A stretch of 64,000 nucleotides of DNA from an uncultured Pseudomonadota bacterium (GTDB lineage: Bacteria; Babelota; Babeliae; Babelales; CAIQNR01): NCBI GenBank assembly GCA_964433415.1, contig CAYSQM010000007.1:4291-68290 (forward strand), given 5' to 3'. The position numbers were made by a program, and so were the translations under genes. The notes below the pieces were generated by a model, which was given only the letters and a program-made list of their open reading frames with translations, searched no databases and was not told the DNA's origin. How positions within the stretch are numbered: position 1 is the first letter of the stretch; every line of letters starts with the position of its first letter. Of the stretch, positions 27,487 to 36,209 are shown in pieces.

Positions 27487-29031
27487 TTAAAATGAAGCAC
27501 CTGTTTGTATGAAAAAGTGCCATTGATTAAGACTATTATTGGTTCCACCAAATTCATAGCCACTACCAATACCAACAAAAGGACTTATGAAGTCTTGTTT
27601 TTGTGCATATTCAAAATTGTAAAAGAAATGATGCGAAACTTCAGCAGGATGTAATCCACTTGCAATGTTTAAGTCTGCAAGAGTAATGGTTGCTGCAGCA
27701 GTAGAAAACGCAACTTTATTAGGTGCTCCCAATGCGCCATTAGAACCATCAATGCGGATATCGGTAGAAACATTGTCAATATCTGCACCGCCAAAGTTTG
27801 TGGCAGAAATAGTTTTCATTCCAATGACTGCTTCTATGTTGTCAGCCCACCCTTTATGATTTTCTTTAGTATTTCCAGAAAGTTGGTAACCAAGGTCTAA
27901 TTTAAAGTTACCATTAGTGTATTGAAACATGGTGGTGACATTAAAAAGAAGATCGATATTAATTTTAGCATTCAAGGTAGTGTAATTAATTGCAGGTACT
28001 AAGTTGTCTGTTGCAGTAAAAGCGGTAGCAAGAGCCGGTTTCTTTTTTGCTAATAAATAGCGGCTTCCAACGCCATGTCTTGTTACATCGTAAGAACGTT
28101 TAGAAGTACGGCTAAAAAGATGAGTTAATTGTGCATCTGCATAAAAATCAATACTATAATCGGTGGTTTCTTTGCCAGAGCGTGTTGGAGTTTTTCTTTC
28201 AAAACAAGTTTGATGAGTGTTAAACCCAATACCAAGTCCATGTCTTCCTGCTGTGCCTACTACTGGTTCAAACCAGGTAGTTGAGGTAGTTGCACCATTA
28301 CCATTTAAAAGAGCATGTCCTTCAATAGCAACACTGCAATTGTCGTGATTGATAATGTTCCATCCAGCTTTTATAACAGAATCACCAATTTTACTGTGCT
28401 TTGTATTTTCATTAAGGCGACCGTACGCAAGTGGTTCATTTATTTGCCCACCAGTACGTGTTCCTGTAAAATATTCACTCGCAAACCCATTGAAAAATCC
28501 AAGCCTTGCATTGTTTATATCACCAGCTTCAAATGCAATCTGAGTTTGGAAATTGCTGACTATTTCGTTTAAGCGAATGTTCCAATGAGTATGAACTAAT
28601 GGAATGTTCCAAGATACATAAAGACCTTCTGCAATCATATCTAAGCTAGATTGTAGAGTGAAATGGGTGGTTACCGTGGTTATTTTTGGTTTTATTTTAA
28701 AAGTTGAATTATAAGGAAGACCAACAAAGAAGTTATAACCATACACATCCGTATTTTGACCAGCAGCTTTTGGTAAATAACTTATATTCATACTATCTGT
28801 GCCATTAAAAAAAAGTAATTTGCCAATGCCAGCGTGGTTACTGCTGAATGATTGCATATTTTGCATACTTAAAGTGAATGTTTCTTTTTGGCGTCCGGAA
28901 ATTAAAAGACCATTGGCTGGATTATTACCAGTATGTCCTAGAGGGCCGCGGCCACCAAAAGTTGTAGCAAAATTATTTATTGGTAAAAAAAGTAATGCTA
29001 TAAATAAATTTTTTTTATAATTTAAAAACAT
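27487..29031 (-). CDS. Outer-membrane beta-barrel protein (porin-like), family unassigned
   Basis: It has a signal peptide, a C-terminal ...FFIQTGASF ending in Phe, and alternating hydrophobic/aromatic, Gly-rich strands throughout. Confidence 0.65.
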   Translation of the reverse strand: MFLNYKKNLFIALLFLPINNFATTFGGRGPLGHTGNNPANGLLISGRQKETFTLSMQNMQSFSSNHAGIGKLLFFNGTDSMNISYLPKAAGQNTDVYGYNFFVGLPYNSTFKIKPKITTVTTHFTLQSSLDMIAEGLYVSWNIPLVHTHWNIRLNEIVSNFQTQIAFEAGDINNARLGFFNGFASEYFTGTRTGGQINEPLAYGRLNENTKHSKIGDSVIKAGWNIINHDNCSVAIEGHALLNGNGATTSTTWFEPVVGTAGRHGLGIGFNTHQTCFERKTPTRSGKETTDYSIDFYADAQLTHLFSRTSKRSYDVTRHGVGSRYLLAKKKPALATAFTATDNLVPAINYTTLNAKINIDLLFNVTTMFQYTNGNFKLDLGYQLSGNTKENHKGWADNIEAVIGMKTISATNFGGADIDNVSTDIRIDGSNGALGAPNKVAFSTAAATITLADLNIASGLHPAEVSHHFFYNFEYAQKQDFISPFVGIGSGYEFGGTNNSLNQWHFFIQTGASF

Positions 29032-29129
29032 TTTTATAATTCCTCATTTTAATTAATTTTTTTAAGTTGAAATATTGTCAATGTTAAATTGTTTTTTAAA
29101 AATAGAATGTCTAAAAAATTTTAATTTAT

Positions 29130-30110
29130 TTAGACATTTTCCCATCCTGTTAGATAAGCTAAACCATTTAATGCATTGCCAGTAAAAGTTATTTGAACAG
29201 TGTTGCCACCATCTAGATCAGTTGCAAAATAATCGTATTTATCGCTTGAATTTTTAGTTCTGTAATAAATGCCTTCAGTATCAGTATTTTTTTGCTCAGC
29301 TTTGCTTGGATTAAACTCTGCATTTGGAGTGTAGGTAATTGTTGTTTCTCCTGTAACAGAACCAGCTACTATAAAAACTCCAGCTGCTAATGCAGTTGCG
29401 GTAGAAATTATGCCAATGGATTCAAATGCTGTTCCTGTATCATCAGTTATTTTTTCTGCTGATTCTGCTGCTTTCACAGTTGAAAAATCTTCTTCAGCAT
29501 CAGCATCAGCATCAGCATCAGCAGTAAGACGATCAGCATCAGCATCAGCATCAGCATCAGCATCAGCAGAAGTAGTAGCAATTATCTGTTCTACAAGCGA
29601 ATTTATCTGAGCAGGAAGCTCAGCAGCAGCAGTAGTAGTAGCAGTAGTAGCAGGAGTAGTAGTAGCATCAGCTGCCTTAGTAATAGGTACACCGGTTACA
29701 GGATCGAAGACAGCAGTAGGTGTGGAACCAGCAGGAAGACCAGGTGTAGCCGGCATCATCTCATTAACTACCGCGCGTGTTTTTGGTCCAAAAAACCCAT
29801 CAACTGGTTTGATACCCTTATCTTTTTGGAATTCTATTAGAGCCGCTTGAGTTTGTACTCCAAAATATCCCTTAGACCGCACAGCATAGGCGGCAAGATA
29901 ACCTTGTTCAATTAAAAAATTCTGTAATGCTGTAACGTCGGCTCCTTGACTCTTCTCTTTAAGATCGTTTGTAAAGTTGTAACGAGTGGTAGAAGTATTA
30001 CCAGTTGTACCTTGAAGCTCAGCAGCATGTGTTTTTGGAAAATTAAACAAACCTATTCCTATTATGCTTATCATTAAAAAACTTTTAAAGATGTATTTTT
30101 TGCTTTTCAT
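29130..30110 (-). CDS. Secreted protein with a peptidoglycan-binding (PG_binding_1-like) domain, a T/A-rich linker and (DA)n repeats
   Basis: It has a signal peptide and GADVTALQNFLIEQGYL...GYFGVQTQAALIEFQKDKGIKPVDGFFGPKTRAVV, followed by TTTPATTATTTAAA and DADADADADADRLTADADADADAEE. Confidence 0.7.
   Translation of the reverse strand: MKSKKYIFKSFLMISIIGIGLFNFPKTHAAELQGTTGNTSTTRYNFTNDLKEKSQGADVTALQNFLIEQGYLAAYAVRSKGYFGVQTQAALIEFQKDKGIKPVDGFFGPKTRAVVNEMMPATPGLPAGSTPTAVFDPVTGVPITKAADATTTPATTATTTAAAELPAQINSLVEQIIATTSADADADADADADRLTADADADADAEEDFSTVKAAESAEKITDDTGTAFESIGIISTATALAAGVFIVAGSVTGETTITYTPNAEFNPSKAEQKNTDTEGIYYRTKNSSDKYDYFATDLDGGNTVQITFTGNALNGLAYLTGWENV
29495..29570 (-). repeat. Hexanucleotide microsatellite (GCATCA)n in two blocks, coding (Asp-Ala)n
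   Basis: Four to five GCATCA units, a 9-nt spacer and then about six more units are read directly from the sequence. Confidence 0.85.
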
Positions 30111-30519
30111 ACATTTTTTCCTTTTTTATAAAAATTAATAGTAAAACTCTCTTTTTTATTAAAATTTTTAATTAGTTCTATCACTCCTTTTTTTATAAAT
30201 AAGCTTAATCATCTTGTAAGTTCTAGTCATTAAAAAATAAAAAAGCAAATTTAATAAATAAAAAGAAAATTATTGTAATAACGAGTAGAGGGATTTCTAG
30301 AGTTTTTGGAGTTAAGATTTTTTAAATGAGTTTTTAAATAGTCGATAAAGTTCCTTATTTTCCATTTGCAATAGTATTAATTCTATTTGAGCCTGTTTTT
30401 ATGTTGTTGTTAGTCCGGTTGCAGCAACTATTTGGGGTTGTTATACTAATTGCATATTTGAATTGACCGTCAAAATGGGGCGGTTTTTGGAGTTATAATT
30501 ATATTAATGTGAGGTTATT

Positions 30520-31470
30520 ATGAAAAAATACAGTTTATTATTAATGCTTGGTTTAAGCTTAAACTTTTTAAGTTTTGCATCAGATGAAGGAGCAGGAAAG
30601 AGTGGTGTTTCTTCAATACATCTTAGGCTTGCAAAATATGTTATGGAGTCTATTTTACCAAAAAATAAAGTAGCTAGATCCGCTGTAAAAGTTATGTGGA
30701 AATATAAAAAGCCTTTAGCAGCAACAGCAGGCTGGAATATTATGTTAAGTACTGGTCTTTATGGAGTAAGTTGGGTACCTTTTTCTGAAACTGCTTTTAA
30801 TGCTATAAAAAGTAAAATTCCTGGATTAAATAAATTTTCTAATAAACAGATTCGTATTTTTATAAGAGTATTGCCTTTAATTATCTATATTATTATTGAA
30901 GCAAAAAATAAGATTCAATCAGTGATAGCAGTTAAACCAGTTTTGCCTGCTGAAAATACTACTCATATTACTACTACCACTACAAGTAGAGCTGAAGGTG
31001 ACCTAGTACAAGGTAGTAAACAAGAAATGACGGTTAATGGTGATCATATAGTAGGCAATCAGCATACATCATATCAACAAGTGATATTTGCGCCACTACA
31101 TGGTCTGACTGTAGATACTTTGAAATTCATGATTAAATACCCTGATTCAGAAGTTGTAAAAATACTTTTAGCAGGAATGACTACAATTCCTTCTGCGTCA
31201 ATAAATTCTAATGCAAGACAAGGGCTTACTTTTGGATCTTCTATAACTGAAATACAAAGTGAAATTTTAGCAATCCCATTATCAGAAGACTCTAAAGAAA
31301 AATCTGTTATTCAAGAAGATGCAAATCCTGAAGGAACATCACTATTTGTAGTAGCACAACAGCTCAGTACAGCCACTAAAGAATCATTCTTCGGTAAAGC
31401 TAGAAAGTTTTTAAATGGTATTATTGCTACTACTGAAACTAAAGAAAATCAAGAAGATGATGATTGTTAA
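30520..31470 (+). CDS. Hypothetical membrane or secreted protein (316 aa)
   Basis: It has a GAGG Shine-Dalgarno, a signal peptide (LLLMLGLSLNFLSFA), internal hydrophobic segments and an acidic C-terminus. Confidence 0.55.
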   Translation: MKKYSLLLMLGLSLNFLSFASDEGAGKSGVSSIHLRLAKYVMESILPKNKVARSAVKVMWKYKKPLAATAGWNIMLSTGLYGVSWVPFSETAFNAIKSKIPGLNKFSNKQIRIFIRVLPLIIYIIIEAKNKIQSVIAVKPVLPAENTTHITTTTTSRAEGDLVQGSKQEMTVNGDHIVGNQHTSYQQVIFAPLHGLTVDTLKFMIKYPDSEVVKILLAGMTTIPSASINSNARQGLTFGSSITEIQSEILAIPLSEDSKEKSVIQEDANPEGTSLFVVAQQLSTATKESFFGKARKFLNGIIATTETKENQEDDDC

Positions 31471-31581
31471 AGCGATGATGAATAAAGTATCTATAACTAA
31501 GCATTATTGTTGTAAACTTTATGGCCAATAACGTATAATTACACTTTTATAGAACATGATAGTTTTAGGGAAAGGGGTGTT

Positions 31582-32247
31582 ATGCGTGTGTGGTCATTAA
31601 TAAAAAATAATTTTATACACAACTTGGTATGGACAGAAGGTAGAAATATTTTGATAGTAATCTTTGGGTTAGGGCTTTTTGGTTATTTTTTAGCGCCGTG
31701 GTTAATTTACCTGGCGCTCTTTTTCTTTCTATTTTCTTTTTATTTTTTTAGAAATCCAGAAAGGATTTGTACGCAAGCATTAGCTGATAGTTCTTTTTTA
31801 ATCTGTCCAGCAGATGGAAAAGTGGTTGCTATTGAACAGGTTGATGATCCGGTATTTACTCAAAAAATTGCTATTTTTCTATCACCATTTGATGTTCATG
31901 TGCAGTGGGCACCTGCTGCTGGTCAAATTACTGAAGTTCTTTATCATAAAGGGCAATTTGCAATGGCTTTTTTGCCAAAGAGTTCTGAACTTAATGAACG
32001 TAACGATGTAATCATAAAAATGAATAATGGGACTCTTTTAAAAGTACGTCAAATTTCTGGGACCATTGCTCGTGTTATTGTTTGTTGGGTTAAAAAAAAT
32101 GAGCTTATTAAAGCTGGATTTAAATATGGTATGATTAAATTTGGGTCACGTGTGGAGCTTTTTGTTCCTCCTTCTGTTACTATAGAATTGCATGTTGGAC
32201 AAAGAGTCCATGGAGGACAGACTATAATTGGAAGGGTTAGGGCATGA
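31582..32247 (+). CDS. psd: Phosphatidylserine decarboxylase, short (Asd-type) form
   Basis: It has an N-terminal TM, the self-cleavage-site-like FGSRVELFVP, and a length of about 220 aa. It is translationally coupled to pssA. Confidence 0.85.
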   Translation: MRVWSLIKNNFIHNLVWTEGRNILIVIFGLGLFGYFLAPWLIYLALFFFLFSFYFFRNPERICTQALADSSFLICPADGKVVAIEQVDDPVFTQKIAIFLSPFDVHVQWAPAAGQITEVLYHKGQFAMAFLPKSSELNERNDVIIKMNNGTLLKVRQISGTIARVIVCWVKKNELIKAGFKYGMIKFGSRVELFVPPSVTIELHVGQRVHGGQTIIGRVRA

Positions 32248-33062
32248 TGTTTTTAAAAAAAGGACTTTTGGCTAAAGATTTTAAGAAGAACTTTAAAGAA
32301 AAGCATTTAAAAAAGACTGTCATTAGCCGCCGTGTAAAAACTGGTATTCCTTTTATATTTACTTTTTCTAATGCGCTTTTTGGATTTCTTTCTATTATTA
32401 AAACTATCGAAGGCAATTTTATGGCTGCAGCCTTATGTATTGTTGCTGCGGTGATAATGGATGGATGTGATGGCCGTTTGGCTCGTTATTTTAATACGAC
32501 CGGTGAACTTGGTTCTGAACTTGATTCATTATGTGATGCTATTTCCTTTTGTCTTGCACCTTCGGTGTTACTTTATAGCTGGTATTTACATAATTTTAAT
32601 CATGTTGGGTTGTTTAGCATTGCGCTTGGGTTGTACTTGTGTGCAGGCCTTTTGCGTTTAGCCCGATTCAATACTTTAACGCATGACCATTCAATAGATC
32701 AATCGGTATTTTATGTTGGACTACCATCTACTATTGCAGCATTTTTTTTAGCAGCTTTAATAGCGTATGACATGGTTCTTTCTAATTCTGCATTTCATAC
32801 ATTGTTAACAGCAAGAGTGATGGGTGGATTAACTGCCTTTTTAGCCTTATTAATGATTTCCACTATTCGGTTTCCGGTCTTTAAAAAGATGATCTTTAAA
32901 GGTTTTTCTTTGTTATTTATTGCGCGGGTACTGTTACTCGGGTTTTTAGTTTCTTGGTGCATTTATCATGGGTATCCGGTAGTTCTGTTAATTATTGGCG
33001 GTTATATAATTGGTGCAGCAGTAAAAAGTGTATTCACTCTTTTAAAGAGACTCTTTATTTAG
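32244..33062 (+). CDS. pssA: CDP-diacylglycerol--serine O-phosphatidyltransferase
   Basis: It carries the CDP-alcohol phosphatidyltransferase motif DGCDGRLARYFNTTGELGSELDSLCD, is polytopic, and overlaps psd through ATGA. Confidence 0.9.
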   Translation: MMFLKKGLLAKDFKKNFKEKHLKKTVISRRVKTGIPFIFTFSNALFGFLSIIKTIEGNFMAAALCIVAAVIMDGCDGRLARYFNTTGELGSELDSLCDAISFCLAPSVLLYSWYLHNFNHVGLFSIALGLYLCAGLLRLARFNTLTHDHSIDQSVFYVGLPSTIAAFFLAALIAYDMVLSNSAFHTLLTARVMGGLTAFLALLMISTIRFPVFKKMIFKGFSLLFIARVLLLGFLVSWCIYHGYPVVLLIIGGYIIGAAVKSVFTLLKRLFI

Positions 33063-33096
33063 TTTTTATTATTAAATCTTATTATTTATTTCGTAA

Positions 33097-33342
33097 TTAT
33101 TTTTTTGATTCTTGTAAAGCTTTAATTTTAGCTTTTAAAGCTGGTTCTTTTTTTAATTGTTCTATTATTTCTTGAATTTTTGATGCAACAATGATCGTAT
33201 TGATTTTACCGTCGTTAGTTGTTCCTGGTATTAATACTACGTTATTATAAATAGATTTTTGCGATTCTTGTTCAGCTTTAAGACTTTGAGCAATAATATT
33301 GGCAAGCAAAATAAAAGTAACTATAAGACTTCTTTTCATCAT
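33097..33342 (-). CDS. Small secreted hypothetical protein (81 aa)
   Basis: It has a signal peptide (LIVTFILLANIIAQSLKA) and a lysine-rich C-terminus. Confidence 0.45.
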   Translation of the reverse strand: MMKRSLIVTFILLANIIAQSLKAEQESQKSIYNNVVLIPGTTNDGKINTIIVASKIQEIIEQLKKEPALKAKIKALQESKK

Positions 33343-33461
33343 AATTCTCCATTTTTTAAAGTAGTATACACCTCTTTATCTACTTTAAATATATGCTAAA
33401 AAGAGTTGTATTATCTATAGTTTTTTAGAAATAAGTTTAAGAGTAAATCTTATTATTGATC

Positions 33462-34694
33462 TTAAATAAGCTTATAAATTTTTATAGAATCAATAATTTC
33501 TTTAACTTTTCCCGTCTTTGCTAATATAGGAACTTTTTTCTTTTGGATATAGACCATTTTAAGGTCATCCATTGTTTTAATATCTTTAAAACGTTCTTTT
33601 AGGTGGATTTCATGAACTATGCCATAATCGCTCGGTTCATACCCACGTGCTTCAATAATCAAATTGTCTTTAATTGAACTGATAATAATAGTATGTCCTT
33701 TCCAGACTATTATATCACCATTTTCTAGTTCATCATTATAACCAAGAGGGCGTAATTCGTGAGTAATAGTAGAGGTATTACCTGCATAGTAAGGGATTCC
33801 TGCAATTTGCGCAGCACGGGTAATAAGTTGTGAACAATCGATACCAGTTTGGATTTTATGGTCATAGCCAGGACGAATAAAGAAGAGTGTTTGAGTTGGG
33901 CCTATTTTTTCTAGCTTGAAATTGTTGGGGTATACTTCATCAACAAGGCTTGACCCTCCAAGTGCGTAAGGAAATGCTTTATTGTAAGGTCTATGCGCCC
34001 AATTATTAATTATATCAACAAATAATCGTCTTTTTTCTTTATGAGATTGGTCTTTATTTTCTTCAAGGCAAAAGTCTACTGGTATTGCTTGAATTTCAAA
34101 TCTTTTTTTGAATGGATTAAAAATATAAACAATATAATGGTCTGGATCATTGTTATAAAAAGGGACCTTTAAAAAACGAGTACCTGCTGAATAACTTGTT
34201 GACCTTGAAGAAAAAACAGATTTTTTTGTAGAGGTCCAGGGTTCTTTTAAAACAATCGTATTTTGCCCGTATCCTGAATTACCTTTATAAGAAATTGGAG
34301 CCGGTATCTTTGCTCGTTCGTTTTCAGAAAGTGGATCTAATAGTTGTAAATTATTGCTAAGCATCCAAAACCCTTCAAGGACAGCTTTCTTTCCAATTTG
34401 TGCATAATAGCGGTTAGAAATTTTAACTCGACATTCTTCACCTTTTTTTTCAATAATTTCTACCAGTTCATGTAATAATAATTGGCCTAAACGAGGGATT
34501 CCTGTTTTTTTACTAAAACTTAAACAGGGTAAATTTTCATATGAATTAAAAAGAGAAGCGTGGTTATTTAAAAGTGGAAATGAAACTAAATCTGCAACAG
34601 GTACTTTACAAAAGGCATTGGGGTTAAATTGACCAGCAAAGAGTAATGATCGCAAAAATATGATAATGGTAAAAATGAGATAATGTTTCTTCAT
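33462..34694 (-). CDS. NlpC/P60-family cell-wall hydrolase with an N-terminal extension
   Basis: It has a signal peptide, the catalytic Cys context GIDCSQLITRAAQIAG, and the downstream GDIIVWKGHTIIIS (His). Confidence 0.7.
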   Translation of the reverse strand: MKKHYLIFTIIIFLRSLLFAGQFNPNAFCKVPVADLVSFPLLNNHASLFNSYENLPCLSFSKKTGIPRLGQLLLHELVEIIEKKGEECRVKISNRYYAQIGKKAVLEGFWMLSNNLQLLDPLSENERAKIPAPISYKGNSGYGQNTIVLKEPWTSTKKSVFSSRSTSYSAGTRFLKVPFYNNDPDHYIVYIFNPFKKRFEIQAIPVDFCLEENKDQSHKEKRRLFVDIINNWAHRPYNKAFPYALGGSSLVDEVYPNNFKLEKIGPTQTLFFIRPGYDHKIQTGIDCSQLITRAAQIAGIPYYAGNTSTITHELRPLGYNDELENGDIIVWKGHTIIISSIKDNLIIEARGYEPSDYGIVHEIHLKERFKDIKTMDDLKMVYIQKKKVPILAKTGKVKEIIDSIKIYKLI

Positions 34695-34810
34695 ACTACA
34701 CTTTCTTAAATTTAAGACTATTTTATGATTTATAGCTTAGCGATAGATTAAGTAGATATACAATTGTTTATTTTTGAATAACATAAAAAGCAGAATGTAA
34801 TTCATTATTA

Positions 34811-34838
34811 TTGACAAACTGAAACAAAAAGATTTAAT
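34811..34838 (+). promoter_or_regulatory. Candidate promoter of the amidase gene
   Basis: TTGACA, a 16-nt spacer and TTTAAT lie about 60 nt upstream of the ATG at 34897. Confidence 0.35.
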
Positions 34839-34896
34839 CTGCTAAGTAGATGAGTACTCTGTTTGTTCCAGTAACATCGACTAATAATGGGGAGTT

Positions 34897-35493
34897 ATGA
34901 TGAATAGTTTTAAAATTTTAGTAGTATGGTCTAGTTTAATAGTTATGAGTTCAGTGCAAGGAGGTATAGTTCATCCTCCTTTAAAAATTGCTCAAAAAGA
35001 ATCAAAGAATCATCAGGGTAAAATTAACGTAAAAAAAGTATACGTTCATGATGGTAATTTTAGTAGAAAAGTTATTTTACATTTTTCTAAAGAACCTGTA
35101 GTGACTTACACTCCAGAATCGGTTAATGAAAAAGAGCGTGATGCGCAAGGTCTTTTAAAAATGCATTTTTTTATTCCTCTTGCATGTATAAACGAAACAG
35201 TTAATAAAGAGGCACTTGAAGCACTCAGCGGTATGCATAGTTCTGATTATGGGCTCTCTTTTTCTGAAGTTTCAAAGCCTATGCAGGGGATAAAATGTTT
35301 AATAGCTTTTAATCCAGATAAGATAGGATTTGAGTATAAAACATTTCAATCAATCACTGGAGATAGTGGAATAATATTTCAATTTTACCATCAGAATGTT
35401 TTACGTAAGATGTCAGAAAATAATAATATTAGAATGCATGCATCTGCAAATATTTTTAAAAAATCTAAAATTGGAGATTTAAAAAAAAAATAG
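34897..35493 (+). CDS. N-terminal (signal peptide plus AMIN-like) fragment of an AmiC-type amidase
   Basis: It has a signal peptide (ILVVWSSLIVMSSVQG) and a beta-rich AMIN-like region (SRKVILHFSKEPVVTY...LKMHFFIPLA). It ends in LKKK* inside an A10 tract. Confidence 0.6.
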   Translation: MMNSFKILVVWSSLIVMSSVQGGIVHPPLKIAQKESKNHQGKINVKKVYVHDGNFSRKVILHFSKEPVVTYTPESVNEKERDAQGLLKMHFFIPLACINETVNKEALEALSGMHSSDYGLSFSEVSKPMQGIKCLIAFNPDKIGFEYKTFQSITGDSGIIFQFYHQNVLRKMSENNNIRMHASANIFKKSKIGDLKKK

Positions 35494-35495
35494 TT

Positions 35496-36116
35496 TTGGA
35501 TTATGGTCATGGTGGGCGTGATTCGGGTTATAATGCAGGTGATATAAAAGAAAAGGACCTTAATTTACAAATAGGTCAAAAAGTTAAAAAAATTCTTACG
35601 GCTCATGGCATTGAAGTTTGTACAGTAAGGAATGATGACGAATATGTTCCTTTGGATGAACGCACAGCCCGTGTAAGAAAGTGCCATGGAGCTTCTCTTT
35701 TAGTTTCTATTCATACTAATGCTTCAGTGTCTAAAAATGTACAAGGTATAGAAACTTTTCATAATCATCATACGCTTTTTGATAATAAATTGAGTATGGG
35801 AAATGATAAAATAAAATCTTTTATTCTTAATTTTAATAGAGAATTAAATGATAAAAGTAAAAATCTTGCAGAATTGATTCATCAAAATATCCTTAAATAT
35901 AGTTCAAAAAAAAATCCTAAAGTGATTGATAGAGGCATTAAAAATAGTGCAGTTCAATTACTATTTGGGGTAGAAGTACCAGCAGTTTTAATAGAATGCG
36001 GTTTTTTATCACATCCTGTTGAAGGAGCGCTTTTAAAAGACAATAAGTATCAAGAAAATCTAGCTACTGGTATTGCAAAAGCTATAGAAATTTTTTTTAA
36101 TGGTCAGTTTACCTAG
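35496..36116 (+). CDS. amiC: Catalytic (Amidase_3) fragment of N-acetylmuramoyl-L-alanine amidase
   Basis: DYGHGGRDSGYNAG, LLVSIHTNA and VLIECGFLSHP are the Amidase_3 zinc-ligand contexts. It has no ATG and no own signal peptide, and the track start is a TTG. Confidence 0.8.
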   Translation: MDYGHGGRDSGYNAGDIKEKDLNLQIGQKVKKILTAHGIEVCTVRNDDEYVPLDERTARVRKCHGASLLVSIHTNASVSKNVQGIETFHNHHTLFDNKLSMGNDKIKSFILNFNRELNDKSKNLAELIHQNILKYSSKKNPKVIDRGIKNSAVQLLFGVEVPAVLIECGFLSHPVEGALLKDNKYQENLATGIAKAIEIFFNGQFT

Positions 36117-36209
36117 CTCTTGGTATCATGTATTCTAAATAAGAATTCAAAATAAATGTTCATTAAAAAATTAATTTTTTTAAAATTATCGGTATATAGG
36201 TGTTTTTAG

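Noticed and set aside
29495-29570. A short-period repeat array considered as a possible CRISPR or other spacer-repeat locus
   Set aside because: The period is 6 nt with no unique spacers, and the array is in frame within a long ORF. It is a coding microsatellite.
35455-35585. An apparent 1-nt disagreement between my manual reading of A-runs (near 35458-35464 and 35577-35582) and the ORF-track frames
   Set aside because: This is most likely my own miscounting of homopolymers. The ORF track is computed from the sequence and is internally consistent, so I did not report an additional frameshift.
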